Below the pieces are notes generated by a model. That model saw only the letters and a program-made list of their open reading frames with translations. It was not told the DNA's origin and ran no database searches. Position numbers and translations under genes: made by a program. From the NCBI GenBank assembly GCA_965213925.1, contig OZ243927.1:4160001-4224000 (forward strand): 64,000 nucleotides of DNA, written 5' to 3'. Each line of letters begins with the position of its first letter. The first letter of the stretch is position 1. Shown piece after piece: positions 10,307-20,574 of the stretch. The DNA comes from Trueperaceae bacterium. Its GTDB lineage: Bacteria > Deinococcota > Deinococci > Deinococcales > Trueperaceae.

Positions 10307-10531
10307 TTAACTCAGCTTGCGCACGAGCCACGCGAGTCCGTTGAGAACGAAGGTTAGTGCAGCGCTGACGACGAGCATAGACGTTAGCGGGATGAAGAGG
10401 GAAAAGCCTTCGCGTTGGACGCGGATGTCGCCAGGCAGATGACCGAACCAACTGAGCGCTTTAGGGAAGATCAGCCGGAGAACGCCTGCTGCGACGAAGA
10501 CCAGACCGATGAGGATGAGAACTCGAGCCAC
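10307..10531 (-). CDS. DUF2905-family membrane protein
   Basis: GHLPGDI...FIPLTS motif. Confidence 0.85.
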   Translation of the reverse strand: MARVLILIGLVFVAAGVLRLIFPKALSWFGHLPGDIRVQREGFSLFIPLTSMLVVSAALTFVLNGLAWLVRKLS

Positions 10532-10534
10532 CTC

Positions 10535-11605
10535 TTAACCCCCTTTTGAGCGGACGACCTCACCCCGCTCTAACGCCTCTTGCGCCATGAACGCGGGGAG
10601 GAGTCCCTCTAGCCCCATTCTCGCGTCGCAGTAAACGTCTTCCTCGCCGCGCACCGCCCTGATAAACGACTCGTGCTGCGCTACGCTGCCGTGATGGACG
10701 GGTTCCTCTACGCCCTCGGGATGGGTCATCTCAAAGGTTTGGACCTTATCTTCCGTCTGTAACTCCAACACCTTACGGTCTTCGTGTGCGATGAGCAAGC
10801 CTCCGTCGCCGAAGACACCAACCTCTAAGCGGTGGCGAAAGGGCGCGGTGAAGGAGATGCTTAGGGTGGCTTGTGCGCCGCGAGTGAACTCGAGCCCCAC
10901 CACCGCGTTGTCAGGAACGTCCGTTTGGTCCACGCGCCACCTTTTGCCGATGATGTCGGTCACGGTCGCCCCATCCTTAATAAGCGCCTGCGTGCCGAAC
11001 GCCGCCGCCACCACCACGCGCTGACCCAAAAACCAGTTGAACAGGTCGAAGTGGTGGCAGTTTTTCTCGGCGAAGACGCCGCCTGTTCTCGAGGAGAGGT
11101 AGCGCCAGGCAGCAGGAAGAGGTCGCCGGAACTCGTGGCAGTACGCCATGCGCGGCGTGCCAACTGCGCCTTCGTCAATCATCGTTTTCATCCGCCAAAA
11201 GAGGTGCGAGTAGCGAAAGACGTAGCCGACTTGCAGCGCTAAATCCGTTTCCGCTTGCACGCCCACGAGGTCTTCGGCTTCTCTTCGGGTTGTCGCCATC
11301 GGCTTTTCCAAAAAGACGTGTTTGCCCGCGCGGAGTGCCGCCGCCGCAAACTTTGCGTGGCTGTCGTTGGGCGTAGCGATGAGTACGGCGTCTAGGTCGG
11401 CTCGAGCGAGCACCTCATCCACTTCACTGTGAAAGTCAACTGGATACCCTAAGACCTCTTCAGCCAACGGTTTCTGAGAGGGCAAGAGGTCGGCGACGGC
11501 GACGACTTTCGCGCCGGGGAGCGAGCGAAGGACGGGCAGATGTTCGCGCAGCACGATATCGCCGCAACCGATGACGCCGTAACGGATAGGCTTCGTGGAG
11601 GACAT
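10535..11605 (-). CDS. Gfo/Idh/MocA-family oxidoreductase
   Basis: GVIGCG Rossmann motif, HVFLEKP, HHFD; TACACT lies 6 nt upstream of ATG 11605. Confidence 0.9.
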   Translation of the reverse strand: MSSTKPIRYGVIGCGDIVLREHLPVLRSLPGAKVVAVADLLPSQKPLAEEVLGYPVDFHSEVDEVLARADLDAVLIATPNDSHAKFAAAALRAGKHVFLEKPMATTRREAEDLVGVQAETDLALQVGYVFRYSHLFWRMKTMIDEGAVGTPRMAYCHEFRRPLPAAWRYLSSRTGGVFAEKNCHHFDLFNWFLGQRVVVAAAFGTQALIKDGATVTDIIGKRWRVDQTDVPDNAVVGLEFTRGAQATLSISFTAPFRHRLEVGVFGDGGLLIAHEDRKVLELQTEDKVQTFEMTHPEGVEEPVHHGSVAQHESFIRAVRGEEDVYCDARMGLEGLLPAFMAQEALERGEVVRSKGG

Positions 11606-11647
11606 GAGCACAGTGTATCGGAGTTGCTGGGTATCGGAGTTGCTAAT

Positions 11648-11733
11648 TACGGATTCCGATGATTACGGAATCCGTAATTCTTTCTACTCGCTACACTCGG
11701 GGTAATTCCTGCGGGAACTACCCGGAAACCGTA
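11648..11733 (+). mobile_element. MITE-like repeat family C (Deinococcus small-repeat-like), short copy
   Basis: TACGGATTCCG...CGGAAACCGTA termini; internal hairpins and CTCGCTACACTCGG motif. Confidence 0.75.
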
Positions 11734-11896
11734 TAACGCGGTCTCAATTAGGAAAAATGAGGGGATGGCGAGAGGAGAAGCGCCGCCTCTGTTCTCATCC
11801 CCTTCTCGCCTTATCTCTTTTGGATGTGAACTTCGTTAAACCCGCCATGTTTCGCGCCGCTTAGCTTTGAACCTCAGAGTTTTGTATCGTACATTA

Positions 11897-11997
11897 TATG
11901 AGGTTGCATGACTCAGTTCGCAAAACTAAGTCATGCCTGTCACGGATGGTAAGCTCAGATGCTCTCAGTAAGGATAAGTAAGCTATGCAATTCCGTA
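11897..11997 (+). mobile_element. MITE-like repeat family B, copy 1
   Basis: TATGAGGTTGCA...TGCAATTCCGTA; matches 27812-27936 and the reverse complement of 45347-45448. Confidence 0.8.
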
Positions 11998-12106
11998 TTG
12001 AAGGTTAGAGGCGCTGAGGCGTCAAGCTGGAGTTAAAGAGAGACATTTGCCACTAGAGAATTTTTAACGCACGCTTTAGCGTGTTGTCTAAGAGGAGAAC
12101 CTACCC

Positions 12107-12775
12107 ATGAACTCATCCACGCAGAAACTCACCGCTTACACCGCCATCGGGCTTATCGTTTTAATCGTCGCCGCTATCGTCTACGTTCAGTTCGGCAGCG
12201 GACAGAGCAGCGAGATAAGCGCCAACGGCGAGCTTGACCTCTCCAACCAGCCGAGCTTAGGCGAAGAGGGTGCGCCCGTCCAAATCGCGCTCTTCGAAGA
12301 CTTCAAGTGCCCCGCCTGCGGTAGCTTCACGCAGACCGTCTTTCCGCAGATCGAGCGCCAGTTCGTCGAGAGCGGTCAGGCGGAAGTCTTCTTTGTCAAC
12401 TACCCCTTCTTAGGTCCGGACTCCACGACCGCCGCGATCGCCACTGAATGTGTTTACGAGCAGGACGAGGCTGCGTTTTGGGACTACAAAAAGTTCATCT
12501 TCCGCTCGCAGGGTCCAGAGAGCCAAGAGTGGGCGACGCCCGAGCTTCTCACGAACTTGGCGAGGCAGAACCTGCCGAGCATCGACGCGGACAGGCTCCG
12601 TACCTGCATCGACGAGCGGCAGTTTGCGGACCGCGTCGAGGCGGAGTCGCAGATGGGTTCGGCGGCGGGCGTGAACAGCACACCGTCCGTATACGTCAAC
12701 GGCACGAGGGTCGAAAGACCCGACTTTGCCTCGGTCAACGCAGCGGTTCAGAGTGCCTTAGAGCAGGCTAACTAA
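12107..12775 (+). CDS. DsbA/BdbD-type thiol-disulfide oxidoreductase
   Basis: N-terminal TM; DFKCPAC active site; STP cis-proline loop. Confidence 0.9.
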   Translation: MNSSTQKLTAYTAIGLIVLIVAAIVYVQFGSGQSSEISANGELDLSNQPSLGEEGAPVQIALFEDFKCPACGSFTQTVFPQIERQFVESGQAEVFFVNYPFLGPDSTTAAIATECVYEQDEAAFWDYKKFIFRSQGPESQEWATPELLTNLARQNLPSIDADRLRTCIDERQFADRVEAESQMGSAAGVNSTPSVYVNGTRVERPDFASVNAAVQSALEQAN

Positions 12776-12785
12776 GGTTAGTTAG

Positions 12786-13268
12786 GTGACGCTGACACGC
12801 TTTCTCCGAGACTTCGGGCTTTACGCTGCCTGGCTGGTCGCCATCGTCGCGATGGCAGGCAGCTTATATTTCAGTGAGGTGCGCGCGTTTGTGCCCTGCA
12901 ACTTCTGCTGGTATCAGCGCATCTTGATGTACCCGCTCGTCATCCTCTTAGGTATCGCTAGCTACCGCCAAGACCGTAACGTTATCCCTTACGCGCTACC
13001 CTTCACGATTCTCGGAGGCGGTGTGGCGCTCTTTCACTATATGGAGCAAAAGATTCCCGGCTTCGGTGCGCCCGAGCTGTGCCGCGTCGGGGTGCCCTGC
13101 AACGTCGCCTACATCAACTGGCTCGGTTTCATCACCATCCCCTTCTTGGCCCTGATCGCCTTCGTTCTCATTACAACGATTCTCGCCGGGGTTCTTTTCA
13201 CCTCACGCGGACCTCAGAAAGGGTACACTTCGGGGAAGGACGCTTTGGACACCCAGAGCGCCATTTAG
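12786..13268 (+). CDS. Disulfide bond formation protein, BdbC/DsbB type
   Basis: GSLYFSE, PCNFCWYQRILMYP and a second Cys pair. Confidence 0.92.
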   Translation: MTLTRFLRDFGLYAAWLVAIVAMAGSLYFSEVRAFVPCNFCWYQRILMYPLVILLGIASYRQDRNVIPYALPFTILGGGVALFHYMEQKIPGFGAPELCRVGVPCNVAYINWLGFITIPFLALIAFVLITTILAGVLFTSRGPQKGYTSGKDALDTQSAI

Positions 13269-13541
13269 TACGTTACTTCCGGTTGAGATATGAGGGATTT
13301 TTTAAAGTTGCTAGGTTTGTATCACGCAGATTGCACAGCTTTGCTGTAACGGAACTTCATCACTTGATGTGAGTGCTCATTAGCCTCGCTCAAAGTGAAA
13401 GTGTCGCCGACCACCATCGCTGCGCGAGTACTAACGTGAACCGAGCGAAGTGAGACGGACTTCGATACCTGCTATAAACCGTGAGCCCCGCCACAGCAAC
13501 CCACCTCAAGAGCACCATTGAATAGAGAAAGAGGAGGCGTT

Positions 13542-13778
13542 ATGCCACACATCATCTGCGAGCCCTGCATTGGCGTGAAAGACCAGTCCTGCGTGGACGT
13601 CTGCCCCGTCGAGTGCATCTACGAAGCCGACGACCAGTTCTACATCCACCCCGAAGAGTGCATCGATTGCGGCGCGTGCGTGCCCGCGTGTCCGGTGTCG
13701 GCCATCTACCCCGAAGAGGACGTGCCCGAGGAGTGGGAGTCGTTCATCCCGCTCAACTACGAGCTTTCAGGTTTATAA
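13542..13778 (+). CDS. Ferredoxin (7Fe type)
   Basis: CEPCIGVKDQSCVDVCP and CIDCGACVPACP; RBS GGAGG. Confidence 0.95.
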   Translation: MPHIICEPCIGVKDQSCVDVCPVECIYEADDQFYIHPEECIDCGACVPACPVSAIYPEEDVPEEWESFIPLNYELSGL

Positions 13779-14234
13779 GAGGTTGGCTCGAGCTAGGAGC
13801 CACAAGTGACGAAGAGGTGGTCTGCAAAGAAGTTTGCAGACCATTTTCTATTTGAAGAGGCTAAAGTTAGTGCTTCAAAAGACGCTCTACTGCATCTCTG
13901 TAGGTATTGCTCCGCTGTTCTCTAAACGTTCACATCGAGGGCAGATCGCTCGAATAAGCTCAGACGTGGACGCCATTCAAACTGCGCTCGATGCCAACCT
14001 ACTCGCCTTCTTCCTCATTGCGCTAGAATAACTCCCGAACTAAACTTACCTACCCTCACCCGCTACGAGTTTTTTCGGTGACATAGGAAATATGGGGCTG
14101 CCGATTACACGCTCTACTTGTGTATGGGGAGGCGAGGCTCGAGCAACCTGACACACAGCACAACCTTTCAAGTATTCACTGCGAATATCGGTAAGATATA
14201 CATGAGGTAAGGCTACGGTTTGAGAGGACTCCCC

Positions 14235-15449
14235 ATGAACATCACCATTTTGACCAACGAATACCCTCCCAACATCTACGGCGGCGCGGGCGTCCACGTC
14301 GAGTATCTGACGAAAGAGTTGGTGGGGTTAGAGAACGGTTCTCACACCATCCGAGTCCTCTCCTTCGGCGAGCAAAACGAGCAGAGAGATAATTTGAGCG
14401 TACAAGGAATCAAGCCCGACTTCACCCCGCCCTCGAAAGACCCGCGCCACGCGAAGTTCATGGACACCTTGCAGCGTGACCTCGTGATGGCGGGCAGCGT
14501 TCAAAATGCCGACATCGTTCACTGCCACACCTGGTACGCGCACTTCGCGGGCTGTTTGGTCAAGCAACTCACGGGCGCGAAGCTCGTCCTTACGACGCAT
14601 TCCCTAGAACCCCACCGCCCCTGGAAAGTCGAACAACTCGGCAGCGCCTACTTCGCGAGCACCTGGATCGAACGCACGGCATATGAGAACGCGGACGGCG
14701 TCGTCGCCGTTTCAGAATCCATGAAGCGCGATGTGAACGAGCTTTACGGCGTCCCCTTTGAGCGCACCCGCGTCATCCCTAATGGCATCGACTTGGACGA
14801 ATACAAACCCAAACCGGACGAAGCGGTCTTAGACCGCTACGGCATCGACCCGAACACCCCTTACGTCCTCTTCGTCGGACGCATCACGCGGCAAAAAGGC
14901 ATTTTGCACCTCGTCAACGCGATTAAAGACTTTCGCCCTGGCACGCAAGTCGTCCTTTGTGCGGGCGCACCCGACACGAAAGAGATCGAGGCGGAGATGA
15001 CGGAGCGCGTCGAGACAGCGCGGGCGGAGGGCGACCAGAACATCCTTTGGGTTCGGCAGATGGTCCCGCGTGAGGACATCATCACGCTCTACACGCACGC
15101 GGCGCTCTTCGTCTGCCCATCCGTCTACGAACCCTTCGGCATCATCAACCTAGAGGCGATGGCGTGCGAAACGCCCGTGGTGGCGTCTGCGGTGGGCGGC
15201 ATCCCGGAAATCATCGTGGACGGCGGGACGGGTTTGCTCGTTCCTTTCGAGCAAGTAGGGGAGAACAACTTTGAGCCGAAAGCGCCAGAGAAGTTCTCTA
15301 AAGATTTGGCGAAAGCGGTGAACGAATTGCTCGAGAACCCTGAGAGGTTGGAGGCGATGGGGCGAGCCTCGAGGGAGCGTGTGGAGGAGAAGTTTAGTTG
15401 GGGTGCGGTGGCGGCTGAGACGCTAGAGTTCTATAAATCACTCTTATGA
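14235..15449 (+). CDS. glgA: Glycogen synthase, GT4 GlgA/GlgM (actinobacterial) type
   Basis: EYPPNIYGGAGVHVEYL, HCHTWY, GRITRQKG, YEPFGIINLEAMAC. Confidence 0.9.
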   Translation: MNITILTNEYPPNIYGGAGVHVEYLTKELVGLENGSHTIRVLSFGEQNEQRDNLSVQGIKPDFTPPSKDPRHAKFMDTLQRDLVMAGSVQNADIVHCHTWYAHFAGCLVKQLTGAKLVLTTHSLEPHRPWKVEQLGSAYFASTWIERTAYENADGVVAVSESMKRDVNELYGVPFERTRVIPNGIDLDEYKPKPDEAVLDRYGIDPNTPYVLFVGRITRQKGILHLVNAIKDFRPGTQVVLCAGAPDTKEIEAEMTERVETARAEGDQNILWVRQMVPREDIITLYTHAALFVCPSVYEPFGIINLEAMACETPVVASAVGGIPEIIVDGGTGLLVPFEQVGENNFEPKAPEKFSKDLAKAVNELLENPERLEAMGRASRERVEEKFSWGAVAAETLEFYKSLL

Positions 15450-15497
15450 GGTGACTGCGCCACAACCTCTTCGGTAAAACGCTAGAATAGAGTCGAG

Positions 15498-15863
15498 ATG
15501 TCAGATTATCAAGCCCTGAGAGATGAGGTAGACACGCTCAAGCGTAGCGTGCAAAGCCTGGAGCAAGGTGAACGTTTTGCCATGCTTGAGAAAATCATCG
15601 ACGCGAATACCAGAGCGGTGCAGGAATTCACTGAGTCGAGCCGTTTTCAGCTCAGTGAGCAGAACCGGCGGATTGAGTCACTCGAGGCCAACCTTAGTGC
15701 AGAACTCAGTAGAATGGACGCGAGAATTGACGCATTAGACGCCAAAATCGAGAGGTTTAGAACGAACTTAGAGAACAAAATTGCTCACTCGCAAACTGTG
15801 ATTTTGAGCGCGATTGCAGCGGTGGGAGTGATACTAGCAGCGATTCAGATTATTACAGCGTAA
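15498..15863 (+). CDS. Coiled-coil protein with a C-terminal membrane anchor
   Basis: Heptad-rich body and hydrophobic C-terminus. Confidence 0.65.
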   Translation: MSDYQALRDEVDTLKRSVQSLEQGERFAMLEKIIDANTRAVQEFTESSRFQLSEQNRRIESLEANLSAELSRMDARIDALDAKIERFRTNLENKIAHSQTVILSAIAAVGVILAAIQIITA

Positions 15864-15943
15864 GAGGGTTGAAGGTGAGAGGCTCGAGTTCTACAAGTCG
15901 CTTCTGCAACGTAATTTGGCTCTAAAACCCAAGCTAGATGCGC

Positions 15944-16474
15944 CTAAATCTGCTCGAGCAAAAACCGAGCCGGAAGCAACAATAAACTTGGCGACAAAAA
16001 TAGAAAAAATGAGGTTAGTTTACCCTTTTCGAACAGCTCACTGAGCATTAAAACCAATACGATAAACGACCAGATTGCTAAAACGCCTCCAAGAACTGAA
16101 GCGAAAAAGGAGAAAAATATTAAAGAGTCAGTATCGAGGTTGAAAACGTAGAGGAAATCTGCAGGGATGAACAGCAAATCAGTAGAGGTCTCGATAAGTA
16201 GAATACCGTGTATGAGAGTAATTCGACTTTGCTTAGTGAAGCGATGTGTAAACTCACTTGTCATCAATGGTGCTATAGCGCTTACTATTAAAAGCCAAAA
16301 GACATCGAAAAAGCTCTGCTCGGGGTAAGCGAAAAAACTGGTTGCCGTGTATAAGAAAGTGGTGAACGTATAAAGAACTATCGTCGTACGGAGGTTAATT
16401 TGTTCAAGAAGCTGATGAAACGTTTGACGAGGTGTTCGCCAGGCATGATAAGTAAGGAGCAGAAAGGCGTTCAT
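15944..16474 (-). CDS. AT-rich membrane protein (Yip1-like)
   Basis: WRTPRQTF N-terminal motif, several TMs; visibly lower GC than the flanks. Confidence 0.55.
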   Translation of the reverse strand: MNAFLLLTYHAWRTPRQTFHQLLEQINLRTTIVLYTFTTFLYTATSFFAYPEQSFFDVFWLLIVSAIAPLMTSEFTHRFTKQSRITLIHGILLIETSTDLLFIPADFLYVFNLDTDSLIFFSFFASVLGGVLAIWSFIVLVLMLSELFEKGKLTSFFLFLSPSLLLLPARFLLEQI

Positions 16475-16540
16475 AATGACATCTCGAACTTCAGCCTATC
16501 TGCGATCAATCACAAAGTTGGTGCGAATCTCACTTAGCTT

Positions 16541-17176
16541 CTAATTCAGCCGCACCTCTTCTTCCACCTCATCCAAGTGAGACACGTCGTTGCTAAACGC
16601 CACTCGCCACTCGCCATTTTCCTTCTCGAGCTTGGTCAAGCTACACAAAGGCGCGGAGTCCTCTTGATTGCCCGTGAGCGCCTGCACTACGCCACTGACC
16701 GTCGCACCGTGTCCGACGAAAAGGAGCGTCCCTTTGTACTTCTCAACGATGAGTTCGGTGGCTTCGCCCATGCGCGACACGTTGGCCTCGTCGTCTTCGG
16801 GGAAAACAGGGTGCAAAAGAGGTTCGTGACCTAATTCGACGTTGGGAAAGTCTTCGGATAGGCGTTCATGGGAAAGGATTTCAGGCTCGCCGGAGAAGTA
16901 GGTCTCGCTCAGCTTCTCGCCTAAACCGGGCTCTAAAAACACCCGCTTGTTGAGCTTCTCCGCGATAAGCTGCGCAGTCTGCACCGTGCGCAGATAGGGC
17001 GAGGCGAAAATTGTGTCGATAGGGATGTCTTTAAGACGCTCGGCGAGCTGCTCGGCTTGCTCTAAGCCATCGGGCGAGAGTCCGGGGTCGTCGGGGCGTT
17101 CGGCGGTGTCGCGCCAGGTGTCGTCCACAAAGTCTTCGCGGTTGCCGTGGCGGGCGAGCCAGAGGGTACGGCTCAT
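16541..17176 (-). CDS. Histidine phosphatase family protein
   Basis: LARHG, ASPYLRTVQTA, VGHG. Confidence 0.9.
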   Translation of the reverse strand: MSRTLWLARHGNREDFVDDTWRDTAERPDDPGLSPDGLEQAEQLAERLKDIPIDTIFASPYLRTVQTAQLIAEKLNKRVFLEPGLGEKLSETYFSGEPEILSHERLSEDFPNVELGHEPLLHPVFPEDDEANVSRMGEATELIVEKYKGTLLFVGHGATVSGVVQALTGNQEDSAPLCSLTKLEKENGEWRVAFSNDVSHLDEVEEEVRLN

Positions 17177-17306
17177 GCGGGTCTTCCTGCTGAGTTTAGA
17201 AGGGGATTCGTAGCGGAAAAAGAGGGTACAGATATAGGTCTTATCACGCTCTTTACCCTACGTCTAAAGTGCGAGTTTGACCGTAAGAGAGGCTCAGGTG
17301 AGCGTT

Positions 17307-19016
17307 TCAACTCGAGGTTAGCAGACCTCTGGGGGTGCGGCGAGCCCCGAATTTCGCCGTCTTCCCCTTGTAGTACCGCCTATCTCGGAGCAGGTCGGCC
17401 GCTTCTCTCAGCGTCTGGACCTCTTCTTGGTGCAGGCCGAGCAACCCTTTCAAAACAACCTCATCCGCCACCTCTCTCGCTCTTTTGACCTGTTCGCCTC
17501 GCAACAGTGTATCCACCTCTTGAAAAGCTGCCTCAAATGAGTCGGTTCGTTCAGGATGGGCGACGAGGACGCTTCTGGCTTCACTGGGCTCGAGCTTGAG
17601 CATTCCCCCGCCGAGCGCGTGACCCTCGAGTTCGGCGCTTAGAGAGGTCAAAGAGGTTTGCCAGAGAAGGGCGAGGTCTCGAGCCGAAAGTGAGGTCTGC
17701 GGGCGTAGCCGGACGACGTGGAGGCTGTTTGGTGCAGCCGCGCCCGCATCATTAACGACGAGCGAGGGTCTTAGTCCGCTCATGTAAGTTAGAAAGGCGT
17801 TAGGCTTGTACACGTGAGGAACGTGATACCAAGGTGAGCGAACGCGGCATTTATAGGCTTGGTGGACGCCCCTAGCTTCTCCCTCTGAGATATAAGCGTT
17901 GACTGGCTCGGGAAGACGCTTTTTTGGAAACACGTTGAAAAGATAGCCTGCTTCACCAACCTCTTTGGCTTCGGTCCAATCAGACTTTGAGAAGTGCAAA
18001 CCGCTGAGAGCGCGTCCCCTGTAAACCGTAGGTGCGAGGTAGTGATGCGTGATACCTCTCGCTTTTACCTCTTCTTGACTCAGGTGAAAAAAGCGGTTTG
18101 CCCCAGTGACATAGCCTATTCCTACCTCTGCAAGCTCACCGAGGCGTCTAGTTTGCTCGCTTTGCACAAGGTGTTCACATAAATCCCTTGCTTCCTTAGA
18201 AATCCAGTACGAGGCGAGAGTGCGGCGTCCGCTTATGATAACTTCGGCATCTATTTCTTCAGCGTGCGTGAGGTTTTGCGTAGCGCTAGACTCGAGGTCA
18301 GCTACGCTCGTTAAATCTCTTAGGAACAACCTACCCGGCTCGCCCTTGCCTCCAGCCAAAAGCAGCAGTGTGTCTTGGCTCAATTCTGGAAAGAGGCGTT
18401 CTTGGAAGGTTAATAATGTCGTACGTTCGAAATTCTCTACCAGATAATTCAAGACGGGTCTCGCATAAGCAGCGTGACCAAGCTCAGTCGGAATCACTAT
18501 CGCAAGACGCCCGCCCCGTCTAAGAAACGCGCAGCTGTGAATGAGGAAAGGAGCCCAAGAGCTGACAAGTTTACTGAGCTTAACGCCTTGTTCCGCTGCT
18601 TTAAGGAGCGCGAGTTGGCGGTCCTCACCGCTGAAGCTTTGGTAGCGGATAAAGGGGGGATTGCCGACAACAGCGTCAAGCGGCTTCAAACGTTTCTTGT
18701 CTACTTTGAAGAAGTCCGAGCGGATGAGGTTCTTTATCTTGACACCGTAGAGAAGAGAAAGTTCGTAAGCTATCTGTTCGTGAGCCTGTTTGTCGATTTC
18801 GACGCCGTGAATTTGATGCGAATCTCCGCCGAGAGCTGTCAAGCGTTGGAGGGTGGACTCGAGAAAAACCCCGCCCCCGAAGCTGGGGTCTAAAACGGTA
18901 TCTGAAGGGGTGCGAACCGCCCACCTAACGAGGAAGTCTGCAATTCTGCGATCTGTGTAGTAGGCACCAAACGCTTTAGCGCGTTCACCTGTCGGTGCGG
19001 TCCGAATGTCACTCAC
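17307..19016 (-). CDS. Orphan N6-adenine DNA methyltransferase (gamma-class motif order)
   Basis: GAYYT (motif X), LDPSFGGGVFL (motif I), NPPF (motif IV), C-terminal GGGMLKLEPSEA; no adjacent endonuclease. Confidence 0.88.
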   Translation of the reverse strand: MSDIRTAPTGERAKAFGAYYTDRRIADFLVRWAVRTPSDTVLDPSFGGGVFLESTLQRLTALGGDSHQIHGVEIDKQAHEQIAYELSLLYGVKIKNLIRSDFFKVDKKRLKPLDAVVGNPPFIRYQSFSGEDRQLALLKAAEQGVKLSKLVSSWAPFLIHSCAFLRRGGRLAIVIPTELGHAAYARPVLNYLVENFERTTLLTFQERLFPELSQDTLLLLAGGKGEPGRLFLRDLTSVADLESSATQNLTHAEEIDAEVIISGRRTLASYWISKEARDLCEHLVQSEQTRRLGELAEVGIGYVTGANRFFHLSQEEVKARGITHHYLAPTVYRGRALSGLHFSKSDWTEAKEVGEAGYLFNVFPKKRLPEPVNAYISEGEARGVHQAYKCRVRSPWYHVPHVYKPNAFLTYMSGLRPSLVVNDAGAAAPNSLHVVRLRPQTSLSARDLALLWQTSLTSLSAELEGHALGGGMLKLEPSEARSVLVAHPERTDSFEAAFQEVDTLLRGEQVKRAREVADEVVLKGLLGLHQEEVQTLREAADLLRDRRYYKGKTAKFGARRTPRGLLTSS

Positions 19017-19193
19017 TAGGCTGAGTCTACCAGGTCTGTGAAGGTTGGAAAGGGGGCTCGAGCCTCACTACCAAAGACGGCGCGACATGAAGAATTTGAC
19101 ACATTTTCCCATTCGCGTGATGACGCTCACATCTTTCTAATAAACGTTAAAGTTTCAACTGGGCTCGAGCCTACAGTGTGGCGTTATAGGGGT

Positions 19194-20570
19194 ATGTCAG
19201 AGACCCCCTCACGCCGCGACGTCTTGCGTTTACTCGCAAGTGTCGGTGCGGGCGCAGTTCTCGCGGGTTGCGCCCCCGAAGCGAAAGCGAAAACTGCGCC
19301 TCCTCCGCGCAAAGCCCCTACGGGCTCACCCAACATCATCTTCATCCTCGTGGACGACTTGGGCGAGCACGAGCTGTCTTGCGCGGGCAACACCTTCAAC
19401 GAGACGCCGCACATCGACGCGTTGGCACGGGGCGGCATGACCTTCTCGCAAGCCTACGCCGCCGCGCCCGTCTGCTCGCCGACGCGGGCAGCGCTGATGA
19501 CGGGTCTCGCGCCCGCTCGTACGGGCATCACCGACTTCTTAAAAGAGGACGACGAGAAGTATTTAGACCCTAAGCACCTCACGCTCAACGAAGCCTTAAA
19601 GTCGGCGGGTTACGCGACGGGCATGGTGGGCAAGTGGCACCTCACGGGCGACTACGACAAGAAGCGCGGCGAGCCCTCCAAACACGGTTGGGATGAGGTG
19701 CACCTCTCTGAAACGCGCTACATCGCGCACGGCGACTACTTTGCGCCTTACGACTTCATGCCGGAGGTCAGAGCGCCCGAGGGCGAACACTTGACCGACG
19801 CCTTGCACCGTGAAGCGCTCAGCTTTATCGAGCGGCATCAAAACGAGCCCTTCTTCTTGTACCTCTCACACTACGCGGTCCACACGCTCTTGGAGGGCAA
19901 GCCCGAAAAAGTCGCGAAGTATAAGCGCAAGCGTGGCGCGAGAAAGCACAAGCCGCACCTCGCTGCGATGCTAGAAAGTATCGACGAAGGCGTCGGGCAG
20001 ATTATGCAGACGCTTAAAAGCACTGGGCTCTTAGATAACACGCTCGTCGTCTTTACCTCGGACAACGGCGGCGATCACCTCACGATGTCGCCCTCAGACT
20101 CGCGCGGCGCGAAGTCGCACCTCTACGAAGCGGGCATCCGCGTGCCTTTGATCGCGCATTGGCCCGCGCAGATTACGCCGGGAGCGCGCTCGGACGTGGC
20201 GACGACGACGATGGACTTTTACCCGACCTTTACGGAACTGTCTTCTGCTACGGAGGTGCCGCGCTCGCTCGACGGCTCGAGCCTCCTCCCGCTCTTCAGG
20301 GGCGAAACCCCTGAGCGCAGCGCCCTCTACTGGCACTACCCGCGCAGCCGCCCCCACCCGGACGGCGGACGCTCCTCGGGCGCGATCCGCAAGGGCGAGT
20401 ATAAGCTCGTCGAGTTTTTTGACACGGGCGAGGTGGAGCTTTACAACCTCAGCGGCGACGCAGGCGAAACGTACAACCTGGCAACCGTCCAGCCCGAAAA
20501 AGTCCTGGAACTCAAGGCGCAACTGAACGGCTGGCGAGCAGGTGTAGGTGCAGGGACTGTCGCGACGTAA
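19194..20570 (+). CDS. Cys-type sulfatase, Tat-exported lipoprotein
   Basis: SRRDVL Tat motif, LAGC lipobox, ILVDDLG, CSPTRAALMTG, GKWHL, TSDNG. Confidence 0.92.
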   Translation: MSETPSRRDVLRLLASVGAGAVLAGCAPEAKAKTAPPPRKAPTGSPNIIFILVDDLGEHELSCAGNTFNETPHIDALARGGMTFSQAYAAAPVCSPTRAALMTGLAPARTGITDFLKEDDEKYLDPKHLTLNEALKSAGYATGMVGKWHLTGDYDKKRGEPSKHGWDEVHLSETRYIAHGDYFAPYDFMPEVRAPEGEHLTDALHREALSFIERHQNEPFFLYLSHYAVHTLLEGKPEKVAKYKRKRGARKHKPHLAAMLESIDEGVGQIMQTLKSTGLLDNTLVVFTSDNGGDHLTMSPSDSRGAKSHLYEAGIRVPLIAHWPAQITPGARSDVATTTMDFYPTFTELSSATEVPRSLDGSSLLPLFRGETPERSALYWHYPRSRPHPDGGRSSGAIRKGEYKLVEFFDTGEVELYNLSGDAGETYNLATVQPEKVLELKAQLNGWRAGVGAGTVAT

Positions 20571-20574
20571 GTAG

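Noticed and set aside
13800..14220. Hidden gene or ncRNA in the ferredoxin-glgA gap (also 36580-36850 and 61000-61370)
   Set aside because: No recognisable motif, repeat match or convincing structure by eye
17307..19016. Complete restriction-modification or defence island
   Set aside because: Neighbours are a histidine phosphatase and a sulfatase; no endonuclease or specificity subunit is seen
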